From assembly GCA_965279035.1 (NCBI GenBank), contig OZ257142.1, positions 2,592,001 through 2,656,000 of the forward strand: DNA of 64,000 nt, written 5' to 3'. Position 1 is the first letter of the stretch. Every line of letters starts with the position of its first letter. The notes beneath the pieces were generated by a model. That model made no database searches. It was not told where the DNA came from and saw only the letters and a list, made by a program, of their open reading frames with translations. Position numbers and translations under genes: made by a program. Positions 37,070-47,014 of this stretch are shown here, piece after piece. Origin of the DNA: Bacteroidia bacterium (lineage in GTDB: Bacteria > Bacteroidota > Bacteroidia > M30B66).

Positions 37070-37831
37070 TTATTCGTGTTCGATTTTGAAATAGAAACCA
37101 GAAGCTAAAAATGCAGGAAGCGCTCCAGCAAGTTTATTATCAATACGAGCGATGCTTTTTAAGGGAATAAAAGGAAGGTATGTTTCGATGATTGGGGCGA
37201 AAACATAAGCCTTTTTCACTTCGGTAATTTTCAAACCATATTGCTTTAATTCTCTTCGCATACGCGAAACGGTAAAGAAATTTACGTGAGGAGTTTCGTA
37301 ATTCTGGGAATAAGGTTCTTTCTTTCCGAGTACACGTTTCACTTTGAGGATGAAATTATTCAAACCCATTTTACGCATTAAATACAAAGGCTGCATAGCA
37401 ATTTCGAATGGACCACGACCATTAGGAACTGTGATAAGCAGCTTCATGTTTTTATCCGAATTCTTCCCTAAATAATCTAAGATTTCATGATATGGACCAA
37501 TATGTTCCAACACTTCGGTTAGAATGATGTATTCCATTCCAGCAAGAGGTGAATCTTGGAGGTATTCGAATTTAAAATGGACGTTAGGAAGTGTATTGGC
37601 AGCGATGGCAATATCTAGAGTAGGTTGATGAATATCAATGCCTAAAATTTCTGAATTATCGATTGTTCCAAGTGGAATAGTAACGTTTCCTGTTCCTGCA
37701 CCCACATCGAGCACTTTCACTTTAGAACCTGGAGTTCTTCCTTTATCTATTGTATCGTAAATCCATTCTAATCGACTTAAATGGCAAGGATATTCGGTGT
37801 ATTGGGTATACTTGATTGCTTCTTGTTTCAT
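37070..37831 (-). CDS. Class I SAM-dependent methyltransferase
   Basis: VLDVGAGTG, GIDI, TEVLEHI, LITVPN, HVNFFT. Confidence 0.9.
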   Translation of the reverse strand: MKQEAIKYTQYTEYPCHLSRLEWIYDTIDKGRTPGSKVKVLDVGAGTGNVTIPLGTIDNSEILGIDIHQPTLDIAIAANTLPNVHFKFEYLQDSPLAGMEYIILTEVLEHIGPYHEILDYLGKNSDKNMKLLITVPNGRGPFEIAMQPLYLMRKMGLNNFILKVKRVLGKKEPYSQNYETPHVNFFTVSRMRRELKQYGLKITEVKKAYVFAPIIETYLPFIPLKSIARIDNKLAGALPAFLASGFYFKIEHE

Positions 37832-38622
37832 CAGATATTGATTCCTACTTTTTTAAGGTTGCGTTTGATGGTATTTTTCAAAGTTTCTTTTACGTCGGTT
37901 TTTACCTTTTTAATCAATCCTTCTTCGGGACGTGCTTTGAATACGGTATCATGAAAACGGGCAGCATCTTCACGAAGATCAGTGTAGAAATAACTGTAGA
38001 AAGATTTCCGTGTTTCACCTTCGGGAACATTGATTTTACTGTAACCGTGGTAAGAGATTTCATTGGTTTCGAAAATCACACAGCGATTTAATATTGGTAG
38101 GACTTTCTGTTCGAGTTTGCTTACATCTTTATTCCATAATTCAACGTGTCCACCATAGCTTTCTTGCCAATGTTTATTTAAAAAGATGAGCAGATTTACA
38201 CGACGATGGATATTTCGTGCAGTATGAATATTAAAATCAATATGCACATCGAGGTAAGAATCTTTTCCACCTTGATGAACACCCATCCCTAGAGCATCTT
38301 CAACAGAATATAAATTTTCAATCCCTGTAATGGTGCTGAGTGTTTTATAAAATTCTGGTTTATTGAGTTCTGCACGAAGTTGAGTAAATGCAGGATGAAA
38401 ATTCTCAAATCCAGATCCTTCAGATTTATGTTCATTTAATCCATGGTAATTCCGCGACATTAAATCAAATCCAGGGAAATTTTCATACAAGGTTTCAGCG
38501 AATGTAGGCTCCAAAAAATTGTCGATTACCAAATGACGAAACGGAAGACCAGCATCAAACTGTTTATGTAATGCCTGAAGATTTGCAGGTTCAAAAAATG
38601 CTGCAGGAATAATGGTTGACAT
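37831..38622 (-). CDS. 2OG-Fe(II) oxygenase
   Basis: PFRHLVIDNFL, HIDFN (HxD), SYHG, RKS. Stop/start overlap with the methyltransferase; TATATTTG -7 box at 38642-38649. Confidence 0.9.
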   Translation of the reverse strand: MSTIIPAAFFEPANLQALHKQFDAGLPFRHLVIDNFLEPTFAETLYENFPGFDLMSRNYHGLNEHKSEGSGFENFHPAFTQLRAELNKPEFYKTLSTITGIENLYSVEDALGMGVHQGGKDSYLDVHIDFNIHTARNIHRRVNLLIFLNKHWQESYGGHVELWNKDVSKLEQKVLPILNRCVIFETNEISYHGYSKINVPEGETRKSFYSYFYTDLREDAARFHDTVFKARPEEGLIKKVKTDVKETLKNTIKRNLKKVGINI

Positions 38623-38696
38623 GATAGTGGCGTTAGATCGACAAATATACTGTTTGAAATGAGAACAATTACCCAGATTCGTTTTGAGTTTTAGTC

Positions 38697-38735
38697 AAAA
38701 AAAAATCCCGCTAATCTGAGGACTAGCGGGATTTT
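38697..38735 (-). terminator. Intrinsic terminator
   Basis: Minus strand AAAATCCCGCTAG...TTAGCGGGATTTT followed by a T-tract. Confidence 0.85.
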
Positions 38736-38751
38736 CGAGAATGATATTTAT

Positions 38752-39651
38752 TTAGAAATGGAAGTTGATACGTAAGGCACCAGAAGTAGTACCTGTTAAA
38801 TTGCGATCAGTATCTAAAGAAAAACGACCACCTTTTGAACCATCAATAGTTTGAGTTCCAATGGTTGGTGTTTGTGCTTGGAAATTAACTGATTCAGTAG
38901 TAGTAGAACCAGCACCTGAACTAGCAATTGTAAGTCCCCAACCAAATTCACCAGCAAGGGAAATTTTAGGGAAGATGAAATATTCTACACCACCAAATCC
39001 ACGAAGTGTGAATGCGAAAGAACTTCCAAATTTTTGCTCAGTCACACGAGCAGTATTGCCATAAGTATCATTAACAATATTGATTGAAGTCTCATTTTCT
39101 TGTCCCCAATCAGTTGAAATTGCGTTAACAGCTGTAGAATCATTTAATGCATTTCCATATTCAAATGTTCTACTTGAATTACTGAATGTAATCATAACAT
39201 CAGCACCGTAATATCCTTGAAGACGAGTAGTTCCACGACGCCATTCAAGTCCACCACCTAATCCAACGTTCATTCCTGATTGTTTGTATTTGTCTTCCAC
39301 CATGGCAGGTACAGCAGGATAAACTGGAGCAGTTATACCAGCTTGCATAATGTTAGCAGACCAATGTTGAGAGTTACTTCCAATACGCAATATTCCACGA
39401 TAGGCCATTTTGTCGGTTCTGAAATACTTACCAACGATGGTTTGCGTGGCATTTAAGAAATTTTGTGTTGGTGCTGAATTCCCATTTGAACTCAACATGT
39501 TTCCAACATAATTTAAAAATGGAGTTGCATCAACACCTACAGACCAATCGCCTGCTTCAGGAAGATAATTTTCTCCTTTTTTAGATGTTAATTGTGCTTG
39601 AGCAGAACCGAATCCAAAGAGGAGAGCTGCTAAGAATAAACCTTTTTTCAT
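38752..39651 (-). CDS. Outer-membrane beta-barrel protein
   Basis: Likely start MKKGLFLAALLFGFGSAQA; GVEYFIFPKISLAGEFGWG; terminal INFHF; own terminator. Confidence 0.8.
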   Translation of the reverse strand: MKKGLFLAALLFGFGSAQAQLTSKKGENYLPEAGDWSVGVDATPFLNYVGNMLSSNGNSAPTQNFLNATQTIVGKYFRTDKMAYRGILRIGSNSQHWSANIMQAGITAPVYPAVPAMVEDKYKQSGMNVGLGGGLEWRRGTTRLQGYYGADVMITFSNSSRTFEYGNALNDSTAVNAISTDWGQENETSINIVNDTYGNTARVTEQKFGSSFAFTLRGFGGVEYFIFPKISLAGEFGWGLTIASSGAGSTTTESVNFQAQTPTIGTQTIDGSKGGRFSLDTDRNLTGTTSGALRINFHF

Positions 39652-39759
39652 GTGTAAGAATTTTGGTACACACAAATTTTAGGTGAATTAATTAATTCTA
39701 ATCACAAGGTTTTAATAGTTTCTTAACAAGCAATTGTGAGAAACAATGGCTCTGAAATT

Positions 39760-40224
39760 TTAAATAATATTTATCTGACGCGAAAATCCTTGCTCTAATG
39801 TGATAAATGTTTCGGTTCTTTGAATTCCAGGAATTGGTTGGATTTTCTCATTTAAAACCTCGCGTAAATGACTCGTATCACGACAAAGTACCTTGGCAAA
39901 AATGCTGTAAACACCCGTTGTATAATGCAACTCAACGATTTCAGAAATGTCCATCATTTTTTGACGAGCATCATTATAAGCAGAACCCTTGTCTAAAAAT
40001 ATTCCGATAAAGGCACAAATATCATAACCAATAACCGTAGGATTAATAATCAGTTGTGAGCCAATAACAACTCCTATTTCGATCAATTTTTTCATTCGAA
40101 CATGAATCGTTCCGGCAGAAACATCAAGCTGTTTAGCAATTTCTGTATAAGGAACAACAGCATCATTCATTAAGATGGTTAAAATTTTCCTATCGAGCGA
40201 GTCAATATCAGCACCTTTACTCAT
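39760..40224 (-). CDS. asnC: AsnC/Lrp family transcriptional regulator
   Basis: IDSLDRKIL..PYTEIAKQLDVSAGTIHVRMKKL, HYTTGVYSIF, RTETFI. TATATTTG -7 box at 40277-40284. Confidence 0.88.
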   Translation of the reverse strand: MSKGADIDSLDRKILTILMNDAVVPYTEIAKQLDVSAGTIHVRMKKLIEIGVVIGSQLIINPTVIGYDICAFIGIFLDKGSAYNDARQKMMDISEIVELHYTTGVYSIFAKVLCRDTSHLREVLNEKIQPIPGIQRTETFITLEQGFSRQINII

Positions 40225-40323
40225 ATATTAAATGTTAGATTGAATTTGAATTCAATAATCTTACAGAAATCGACGGCAAATATAGAATAATATTGAAGTA
40301 TAGTCAACAAAGTGAACCGTTCC

Positions 40324-41127
40324 TTAACTTTTTGATAATTCAGTTGCTCTTTTCTGAGCAGCCAAAATTGCTTTTTGCAATGATTCACCTAAATGGAATT
40401 CTTCAAAAACCCGAAATGCCGCTTCGGTTGTACCACCTTTAGATGCAACTGCTTGAATTAATTCATCTAAGCTCTTATCTGCTTGATTAACTAAATGAAA
40501 AGCACCTAACATGGTTTGTTTTACAAGCATGGAAGAAACTCCTTCATCCAATCCCATGACTTTACCTGCTTCAATCATGTGCTTGATGAGATAAAAGAAA
40601 TAGGCAGGACCACTTCCACTTAAAGCAGTAACAGCATCTAATTGAGATTCTTCATCTAAATATACTGTTCTGCCTGTTGTAGATAATAATTGTTCAGCTT
40701 TTCGAACATGCTCAGTACTCGTTTCGGGAGAAGAAATTAAAGCTGTTATTCCCATACCTAAACTTGCAGGAGAATTAGGCATCGCCCTAACCAAGCTTTT
40801 ATGTTGAAGACGTTCTTCTAAAACAGATAGTCGAACGCCAGCCATAATGGATATAACAACACAATTGGGATTTAAATGATGTTTCAGAATGCTGGCAAGC
40901 TCTAAAAAATCTTGAGGTTTAACAGCAAGAAGCAGAATATCGCTCGATTCAATTAATGGATCATTGGGTGTGACTACTTTTCCAAGGGCCATTTTTTGAA
41001 GTTCTACTACCCGTGCTTCATTTTTCTCAACAAGTAATAATTCATCGGACTTAACTAAAGCGTATTTTAAAAATGCACGGGCATAAATTAATCCCATGTT
41101 ACCACAACCAATCAGCGTTATTTTCAT
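40324..41127 (-). CDS. proC: Pyrroline-5-carboxylate reductase
   Basis: IGCGNMG, LAVKPQ, VRAMPN, TALSGSGPAY, VASKGGTT. Confidence 0.96.
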   Translation of the reverse strand: MKITLIGCGNMGLIYARAFLKYALVKSDELLLVEKNEARVVELQKMALGKVVTPNDPLIESSDILLLAVKPQDFLELASILKHHLNPNCVVISIMAGVRLSVLEERLQHKSLVRAMPNSPASLGMGITALISSPETSTEHVRKAEQLLSTTGRTVYLDEESQLDAVTALSGSGPAYFFYLIKHMIEAGKVMGLDEGVSSMLVKQTMLGAFHLVNQADKSLDELIQAVASKGGTTEAAFRVFEEFHLGESLQKAILAAQKRATELSKS

Positions 41128-41174
41128 AAAGAATATAGAATTGAAACACTACCTAAATAATCCTTGATATTGCT

Positions 41175-43370
41175 TTAATTCTTAAGTATTTTGTTAGAAT
41201 AAATGAGCCTTCCAGAATGCACAATTTGAATTACATATAAACCAGAATCCAAAGAACTGAGGTCGAAACACTGTGTTTTCCCTTGTGATATTTTATTCAC
41301 GAAAATTACTTTTCCGATAATGTCCAAACAACGAATGTTTGCATTTTCAGGAATTCCATCTATGTAAAGAATATTAGTACTTGGTTGAGGATAGATTTTA
41401 ATTGATTCGGAATTTTCAATTTCAATTCCTAATGAATTAAATGAAAATGGATTTGATGTTTTTTCACAACCCGATGAATTGGTTACTTTGACAGTATAAT
41501 CACCATTTTCAGTAGGTGTATAATTATATTGATTCGCACCTGATATCGGATTTCCATTCAAATACCATTGGTAACTAGAAAAACCAGTTCCAGCATTTAA
41601 GTGATTTCCAACTAAGGTAATGTTTGGGTTTGGTAAAGGTTGAGATGCGACATTTGCTGTTAAAGTAATTTCGCAACCTTCGGTAGTTTGAGCTGTAACA
41701 CTTTGAGTTCCTGAACTAGTAACTACAAGCTGTGCATTGTTAATTGAATTATTCCACACTGGATTTTGAAAATCTCCACTTAATGATAATGTAGTTGATT
41801 CTCCTGCACAGAATGTTAAGTTACCTGTAATTAAAAACGTAATGGTTGAATACGTAACAGTTAGCGATGCAGTTCCACGACACCCTTCAGCACTTGATGC
41901 AGATACATTGTAAATTCCGGGTGTTGATACATCAATCGAATTGCTTGTACCTAAAGCACTTGTTCCTTTAGACCAACTAAAATTATCTCCACTACTTGCT
42001 GAAAGAGTATGGGTAGTTTGAGGACAAAATGGAATAGGCGATTCGGAAATAATGCTAACAGGTAAATTACAATAAGCTAATTCATATGCACCCAAATCGC
42101 ATCTCGGTCCGAAAATGCGTGTTGCATTATCTAAATCGTGATCGGCTGGAGCAACAATTTCAGCATTCACACCTAAATCTATTACAGGAGAAGTTGCTAA
42201 AACATGATAATCTAAACCATCTAATGTAAATGGAGCTAAAACAGTTAACCCAGGATTTACAAAAGTTGGATTCGATGAAATGTTTGCGGTACCAGAAGTA
42301 AATCCTCCTTGAATAAGGCAATCATGTGCATTTGCATTGGGATACATGGATGCAACTCCTCCATTATCCCAAAAAATTGAATTGGCAATTTCAGTTAAAG
42401 AATTAACTACAATTGGATATTCGATTCCTGTATTTTGAGTTTGTCTATTATGAGCAAAAGTGCAGTTGATAATGCTATGGGCTTGTCCGTTTGACGAAGG
42501 CGGTATATACATAATTGAAATACGTGGAGCATAATTTCCAATAAACAAGGAGTTACTCAGGATCATGGAATTATCATACAAATGATAAATAGCACCACTA
42601 TTCGTTTGTGCGGTATTTCCATCAAAAATGCAACGATCAATATAAGATACTCCACCCGATAAGTACATTGCACCGCCAGTTGATCCTGCGAGATTGGAAG
42701 TGAATTTACAGTCAGTAATGCGTGCTGTTCCACTTCGAATTTGAAGTGCTCCTCCAATACCATCAGTGAAGTTTGATAGAAAAGTACAATTGGTTAAGGT
42801 TAAAGTTCCTCCATTGTGAGTTAGTGCTCCAGCAGCATCTAAAGCGAAATTGTTGATGAAAGTACAATTAGAAATAGTTGGTGAACTAGAACTTAAATAA
42901 ACTCCTCCAGCCAATGAACTGGAATGACCATCGCTGATTCTAAAACCATCGAGTCGGGTTTGGCTACCAACATTATCTCCACCAACAACATGAATTGAAT
43001 TATCGGTTGTTGATCCTCCATTGCCAATATTCCCACTTAGAATACTAATGTTAGTAAGAAAATTTCGCTCTGAGAGTAAACTTTCAGAACCATTAAAACC
43101 ACCATAAAGTGATACCCCATTTACTAGTAAAAAGGAAATTGATGTAGAGGTCGTAGTTGTTGGTTTATACGTTCCAGCCGCTACCCAAATCTCATCTCCA
43201 AAAGTTGAATTCCCTAGAGCTGTTTGTAAATCAACAAACGCATCTGTCCATGAAATGCCTGAATTTGCTCCACTTACTGATGCGTTCACATACCAACGAG
43301 TAGCGCTACATTGGAGAGATAAAAGGAATAGAATAGAGGTAAAAAATCGTTTCATTGGCTTGATTTTCAA
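41175..43370 (-). CDS. T9SS type-A secreted protein with parallel beta-helix (GGA/FxxN) repeats and Ig-like domains
   Basis: YVNASVSGANSGISWTDAF, repeated NCTF..N...GGA, DLGAYE, CTD IKIYPQP...LDSGLYVIQI...KILK. Confidence 0.88.
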   Translation of the reverse strand: MKIKPMKRFFTSILFLLSLQCSATRWYVNASVSGANSGISWTDAFVDLQTALGNSTFGDEIWVAAGTYKPTTTTSTSISFLLVNGVSLYGGFNGSESLLSERNFLTNISILSGNIGNGGSTTDNSIHVVGGDNVGSQTRLDGFRISDGHSSSLAGGVYLSSSSPTISNCTFINNFALDAAGALTHNGGTLTLTNCTFLSNFTDGIGGALQIRSGTARITDCKFTSNLAGSTGGAMYLSGGVSYIDRCIFDGNTAQTNSGAIYHLYDNSMILSNSLFIGNYAPRISIMYIPPSSNGQAHSIINCTFAHNRQTQNTGIEYPIVVNSLTEIANSIFWDNGGVASMYPNANAHDCLIQGGFTSGTANISSNPTFVNPGLTVLAPFTLDGLDYHVLATSPVIDLGVNAEIVAPADHDLDNATRIFGPRCDLGAYELAYCNLPVSIISESPIPFCPQTTHTLSASSGDNFSWSKGTSALGTSNSIDVSTPGIYNVSASSAEGCRGTASLTVTYSTITFLITGNLTFCAGESTTLSLSGDFQNPVWNNSINNAQLVVTSSGTQSVTAQTTEGCEITLTANVASQPLPNPNITLVGNHLNAGTGFSSYQWYLNGNPISGANQYNYTPTENGDYTVKVTNSSGCEKTSNPFSFNSLGIEIENSESIKIYPQPSTNILYIDGIPENANIRCLDIIGKVIFVNKISQGKTQCFDLSSLDSGLYVIQIVHSGRLIYSNKILKN

Positions 43371-43398
43371 CTGCGAAAATACCTAATCCTCTGATGTT

Positions 43399-43692
43399 TC
43401 AGTCTTCTAATTTCAATTTAGTATCGAGCCAGAATGTTCCTAAAGGAATAAATGATACAATAAAAGCAAGCAATGCCTTTGAGAATTTCCAGTTTCGATC
43501 GGCCCATACTTGAATTAAAGTGAATCCGTAAAGCACGAACAATAGACCATGTATCCAACCACCAATTTTGACTGGCAAGGGCATGTGCGCCATATATTTG
43601 AGTGGCATTGCAATAAACAAGAGAAATAAAAATGACCAACCTTCGGCCAATGCCACCAAACGGAAACGGTTTAAAGAAGAATTTAGCTTCAT
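43399..43692 (-). CDS. DUF3817 membrane protein
   Basis: FRLVALAEGWSFLFLLFIAMPLKY, GWIHGLLFVLY, SFIPLGTFW. Confidence 0.88.
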   Translation of the reverse strand: MKLNSSLNRFRLVALAEGWSFLFLLFIAMPLKYMAHMPLPVKIGGWIHGLLFVLYGFTLIQVWADRNWKFSKALLAFIVSFIPLGTFWLDTKLKLED

Positions 43693-43756
43693 GGTGCAAA
43701 CCTGATGAAATCAAAAATTTAGAATGTCATTCGATTGTAAAATTTTCTATTAAAAT

Positions 43757-43782
43757 AAAAAACCCCGAAGAAAACTTCGGGG
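43757..43782 (-). terminator. Intrinsic terminator ~137 nt downstream of the RND pump stop
   Basis: Minus strand CCCCGAAG-TTTT-CTTCGGGG followed by T6. Confidence 0.85.
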
Positions 43783-43918
43783 CGCCTTGTCATTCAGGAA
43801 AACCAAAACCCTTGCTCAATCATAACGTTTAAGGAGGAAACGTCATTTAAACAGAGCTGAAAAACAAAGCTTAAGCAAACAAAAAGTACATTTCAAAATG
43901 CTTTATTTAAATTAAAAA

Positions 43919-46900
43919 TCAATCGTGCTTCCTTTTCACTGCTCGATAATAAATGATTGGAAAAATGAGTAGTGTAAACAATGTTGCAGTTACTAAACCT
44001 CCAATGATAACAATAGCTAAAGGTTTTTGGGATTCTGATCCAATACCACTTGATATTGCTGCTGGAAATAATCCAATAGCTGCCATCAAAGCCGTCATAA
44101 CAACTGGTCGTGTTCGCACTTTTACAGCATGAAATATGGATGAAACCAATCCTTCTTTTGCTGCAATGTTTTGTTGAAATTGGGAGATTAGAATAACTCC
44201 ATTTTGAATACAAATTCCGAATAGTGCTATAAATCCAACACCTGCCGAAATCCCGAAATTCATTCCGGTAAAATGTAAAGCAGCTATACCACCAATCAAT
44301 GCAAAAGGAACATTTGCCAAGACCAATGTAGCATCCTTGACATTGCCAAATAAAATAAAAAGCAAAACAAAAATTAATATTAAACTAATAGGTACTACTT
44401 GTGCTAATCTACTTGTAGCACGTACCTGATTTTCGAATTCACCCGTCCATCCAATCTTATATCCAGTAGGTAATTTAATGTTCTTTGTTACACGTGCTTG
44501 TGCATCTGCAATGGTGCTTCCTAAATCACGTTCACGGATTGAAAATTTCACTCCTATAAATCGTTTCGTATTATCACGATAGATAAACGCTGGTCCTGTG
44601 ACTTTTCGAATTGTAGCAATTTCTTGTAGTGGAATTTTATCGCCTCGTAATGTTGGAACCATCAAATGCATGATGTCTTCTTCGTTTTTCCGATAGTCTT
44701 TTTGATACCGAATTCGGATGTCGAATTTCTTTTCACCCTCGTATTTTTCCGTTGCAGTTTTTCCACCTATCGCCATCTCAATCATACTCTGAGCATCCGC
44801 TTTCTGCACTCCATAAATGGCCATTTTCTCTTCATCCAATAGCACTGAAATTTCGGGCTGTCCAACGTTTCGCAAAATTCCTACATCCTTAATTCCTGGT
44901 ACATCTTGAATGGAGCTAATTACTTTATTAGCAATTTCATCGAGTTTATCTAAATCATCCCCATAAATTTTAACCGCATTTGAAGCATTGATTCCAGCTA
45001 CCGATTCAGCTACATTATCAATAATTGGTTGGGAATAATTATACACGATACCTTGATAATTTTTCAGCCGGTGATCCATTTCTTCCACCAGATCATCCAT
45101 ACTAATCTTACGATCCCACTCTTTTTTAGGCTTCAAATTCACTTGCATCTGAACGTAGTAAAATCCACTTGGATCAGTACCATCGTTGCTTCTTCCTGTT
45201 TGTGAAAGCACTCCATTTACTTCAGGAAATGCCATTAATTCTTTTCTTAAAACAGTAACTGTTTTTATAGTTTCACTTAAGGATGAACTCATGGGTAATT
45301 TAGCTTCAACCCACAATGCTCCTTCATTTAATGGAGGCAAAAATTCCGTTCCTAACCAGCGCACTGAGAATAGAGATACAGCTAGTATCGCAATGGAAAC
45401 AATCAAAGAACTTCGTTTATGTTTGAAAGTAAATCGAAAGGCTTTCTCAACTCCTTTATTGATAAATTCAACTAATACATTATGCTTTTCACGCACATTC
45501 TTTTTAAGAAGAATTGAAACTAAAAGAGGCACTAAAGTCAAGGTAAATATGAGTGCACCCAATAAGGCAAAACCGAGCGTAAATGCTAAAGGAGAAAACA
45601 TTTTTCCCTCTACTTTTTGAAAGGCAAAAATGGGCAGCAAGGCGGATATAATAATTAATTTAGAAAAGAATACAGCCTTACCTAAACCAGCTCCCGTTTG
45701 TTTAATTAATCCCAATTTCGATAAACGATTGAAACGCTCCACTCCTACTCGATTTTGCAAATGGTCGAGCGCAACAAATAATCCTTCCACCATGACGACA
45801 GCACCGTCGATGATAATTCCAAAATCAACAGCTCCAAGTGATAGTAAATTTGCACTCATTCCCTTGAGTTTGAGACAGAGAAATGCAAATAAAAGTGCGA
45901 GTGGAATGATGATGGAAACAATGAGCGTTGTTCGCCAATCGGCCATGAAAAGAAATACAATGACTGTAACCAGAATAATTCCCTCTAATAAATTATGCAT
46001 CACTGTTTCGGTGCAATAACTCATTAAATTATCCCGATCATAAAATGTTTCCATCTTCACATCGGGAGGAAGAACACCATGGTTTAATTCTTCAATTTTT
46101 TCTTTTAATCTACCTAAAACTTCGCTCGGATTTTCTCCTTTGCGCATTACCACAATGCCTTCAACAACATCATCACTTTTATTTAATCCAACTTGTCCTA
46201 CACGCGGAGCGCTACTTTCGAGCACATGAGCAATGTTTTTTACAAGGATTGGATTATCATTTAATTCAGCAACTATGGTATTTTCAATATCAGCTATCGA
46301 CGTTAATAATCCCAAACCACGCACAACGTATGCTTGTCCGTTTTTTTCGATTACATCTCCACCAACATTTAAATTGGCTTTAGAAACGGCTTCAAATACC
46401 TGCTGTGGAGTTAAATCGTATTTATTGAGTTTAACTGGATCGACAGATATTTCGTAAATTTTTTCTTGTCCACCAAAAGCAACAACATCTGCAATACCTG
46501 GAACAGCGCGTAATTGACGATCGATCACCCAATTTTGTATGGTGAGTAAATCGCGTGTATCTCGTGTATCCGATTTTAAAACATACCGAAATATTTCACC
46601 CGTTGGACCATAAGGTGGCTGAACATCGGGCTCAACGGCATCAGGCAGCTGAACATTCCGCAATTGATTATTTACCTGTTGACGTGCAAAAAAATCATCT
46701 ACATCATCTTCAAAAATGATTTTAATTACCGACAAACCAAACATACTAATGCTTCGCACATTGGTTTTACGTTGCACCGAATTCATCGAAATTTCGATCG
46801 GTGTAGTTACAAAACGCTCAATTTCTTCAGCCGAACGACCATTCCATTCGGTTACAATAATGATTTGCGTATTGGTAACATCGGGAAATGCTTCAATAGG

Positions 46901-47011
46901 TAATTGTTGAAAGCTGATAAATCCAGCAATGACAAGTAATCCAACCCAGAAAAAGGTAAACACCTTATTTTTCAATGAAAAACTAATGATGTTCCTGATA
47001 AAACGATTCAT
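43919..47011 (-). CDS. czcA: CusA/CzcA family heavy-metal RND efflux pump
   Basis: LPIEAFPDVTN, GAVDFGIIIDGAVVMVE (TM4 acidic motif), EGKMFSPLA, RPVVMTALMAAIG. Confidence 0.93.
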   Translation of the reverse strand: MNRFIRNIISFSLKNKVFTFFWVGLLVIAGFISFQQLPIEAFPDVTNTQIIIVTEWNGRSAEEIERFVTTPIEISMNSVQRKTNVRSISMFGLSVIKIIFEDDVDDFFARQQVNNQLRNVQLPDAVEPDVQPPYGPTGEIFRYVLKSDTRDTRDLLTIQNWVIDRQLRAVPGIADVVAFGGQEKIYEISVDPVKLNKYDLTPQQVFEAVSKANLNVGGDVIEKNGQAYVVRGLGLLTSIADIENTIVAELNDNPILVKNIAHVLESSAPRVGQVGLNKSDDVVEGIVVMRKGENPSEVLGRLKEKIEELNHGVLPPDVKMETFYDRDNLMSYCTETVMHNLLEGIILVTVIVFLFMADWRTTLIVSIIIPLALLFAFLCLKLKGMSANLLSLGAVDFGIIIDGAVVMVEGLFVALDHLQNRVGVERFNRLSKLGLIKQTGAGLGKAVFFSKLIIISALLPIFAFQKVEGKMFSPLAFTLGFALLGALIFTLTLVPLLVSILLKKNVREKHNVLVEFINKGVEKAFRFTFKHKRSSLIVSIAILAVSLFSVRWLGTEFLPPLNEGALWVEAKLPMSSSLSETIKTVTVLRKELMAFPEVNGVLSQTGRSNDGTDPSGFYYVQMQVNLKPKKEWDRKISMDDLVEEMDHRLKNYQGIVYNYSQPIIDNVAESVAGINASNAVKIYGDDLDKLDEIANKVISSIQDVPGIKDVGILRNVGQPEISVLLDEEKMAIYGVQKADAQSMIEMAIGGKTATEKYEGEKKFDIRIRYQKDYRKNEEDIMHLMVPTLRGDKIPLQEIATIRKVTGPAFIYRDNTKRFIGVKFSIRERDLGSTIADAQARVTKNIKLPTGYKIGWTGEFENQVRATSRLAQVVPISLILIFVLLFILFGNVKDATLVLANVPFALIGGIAALHFTGMNFGISAGVGFIALFGICIQNGVILISQFQQNIAAKEGLVSSIFHAVKVRTRPVVMTALMAAIGLFPAAISSGIGSESQKPLAIVIIGGLVTATLFTLLIFPIIYYRAVKRKHD

Positions 47012-47014
47012 AAA

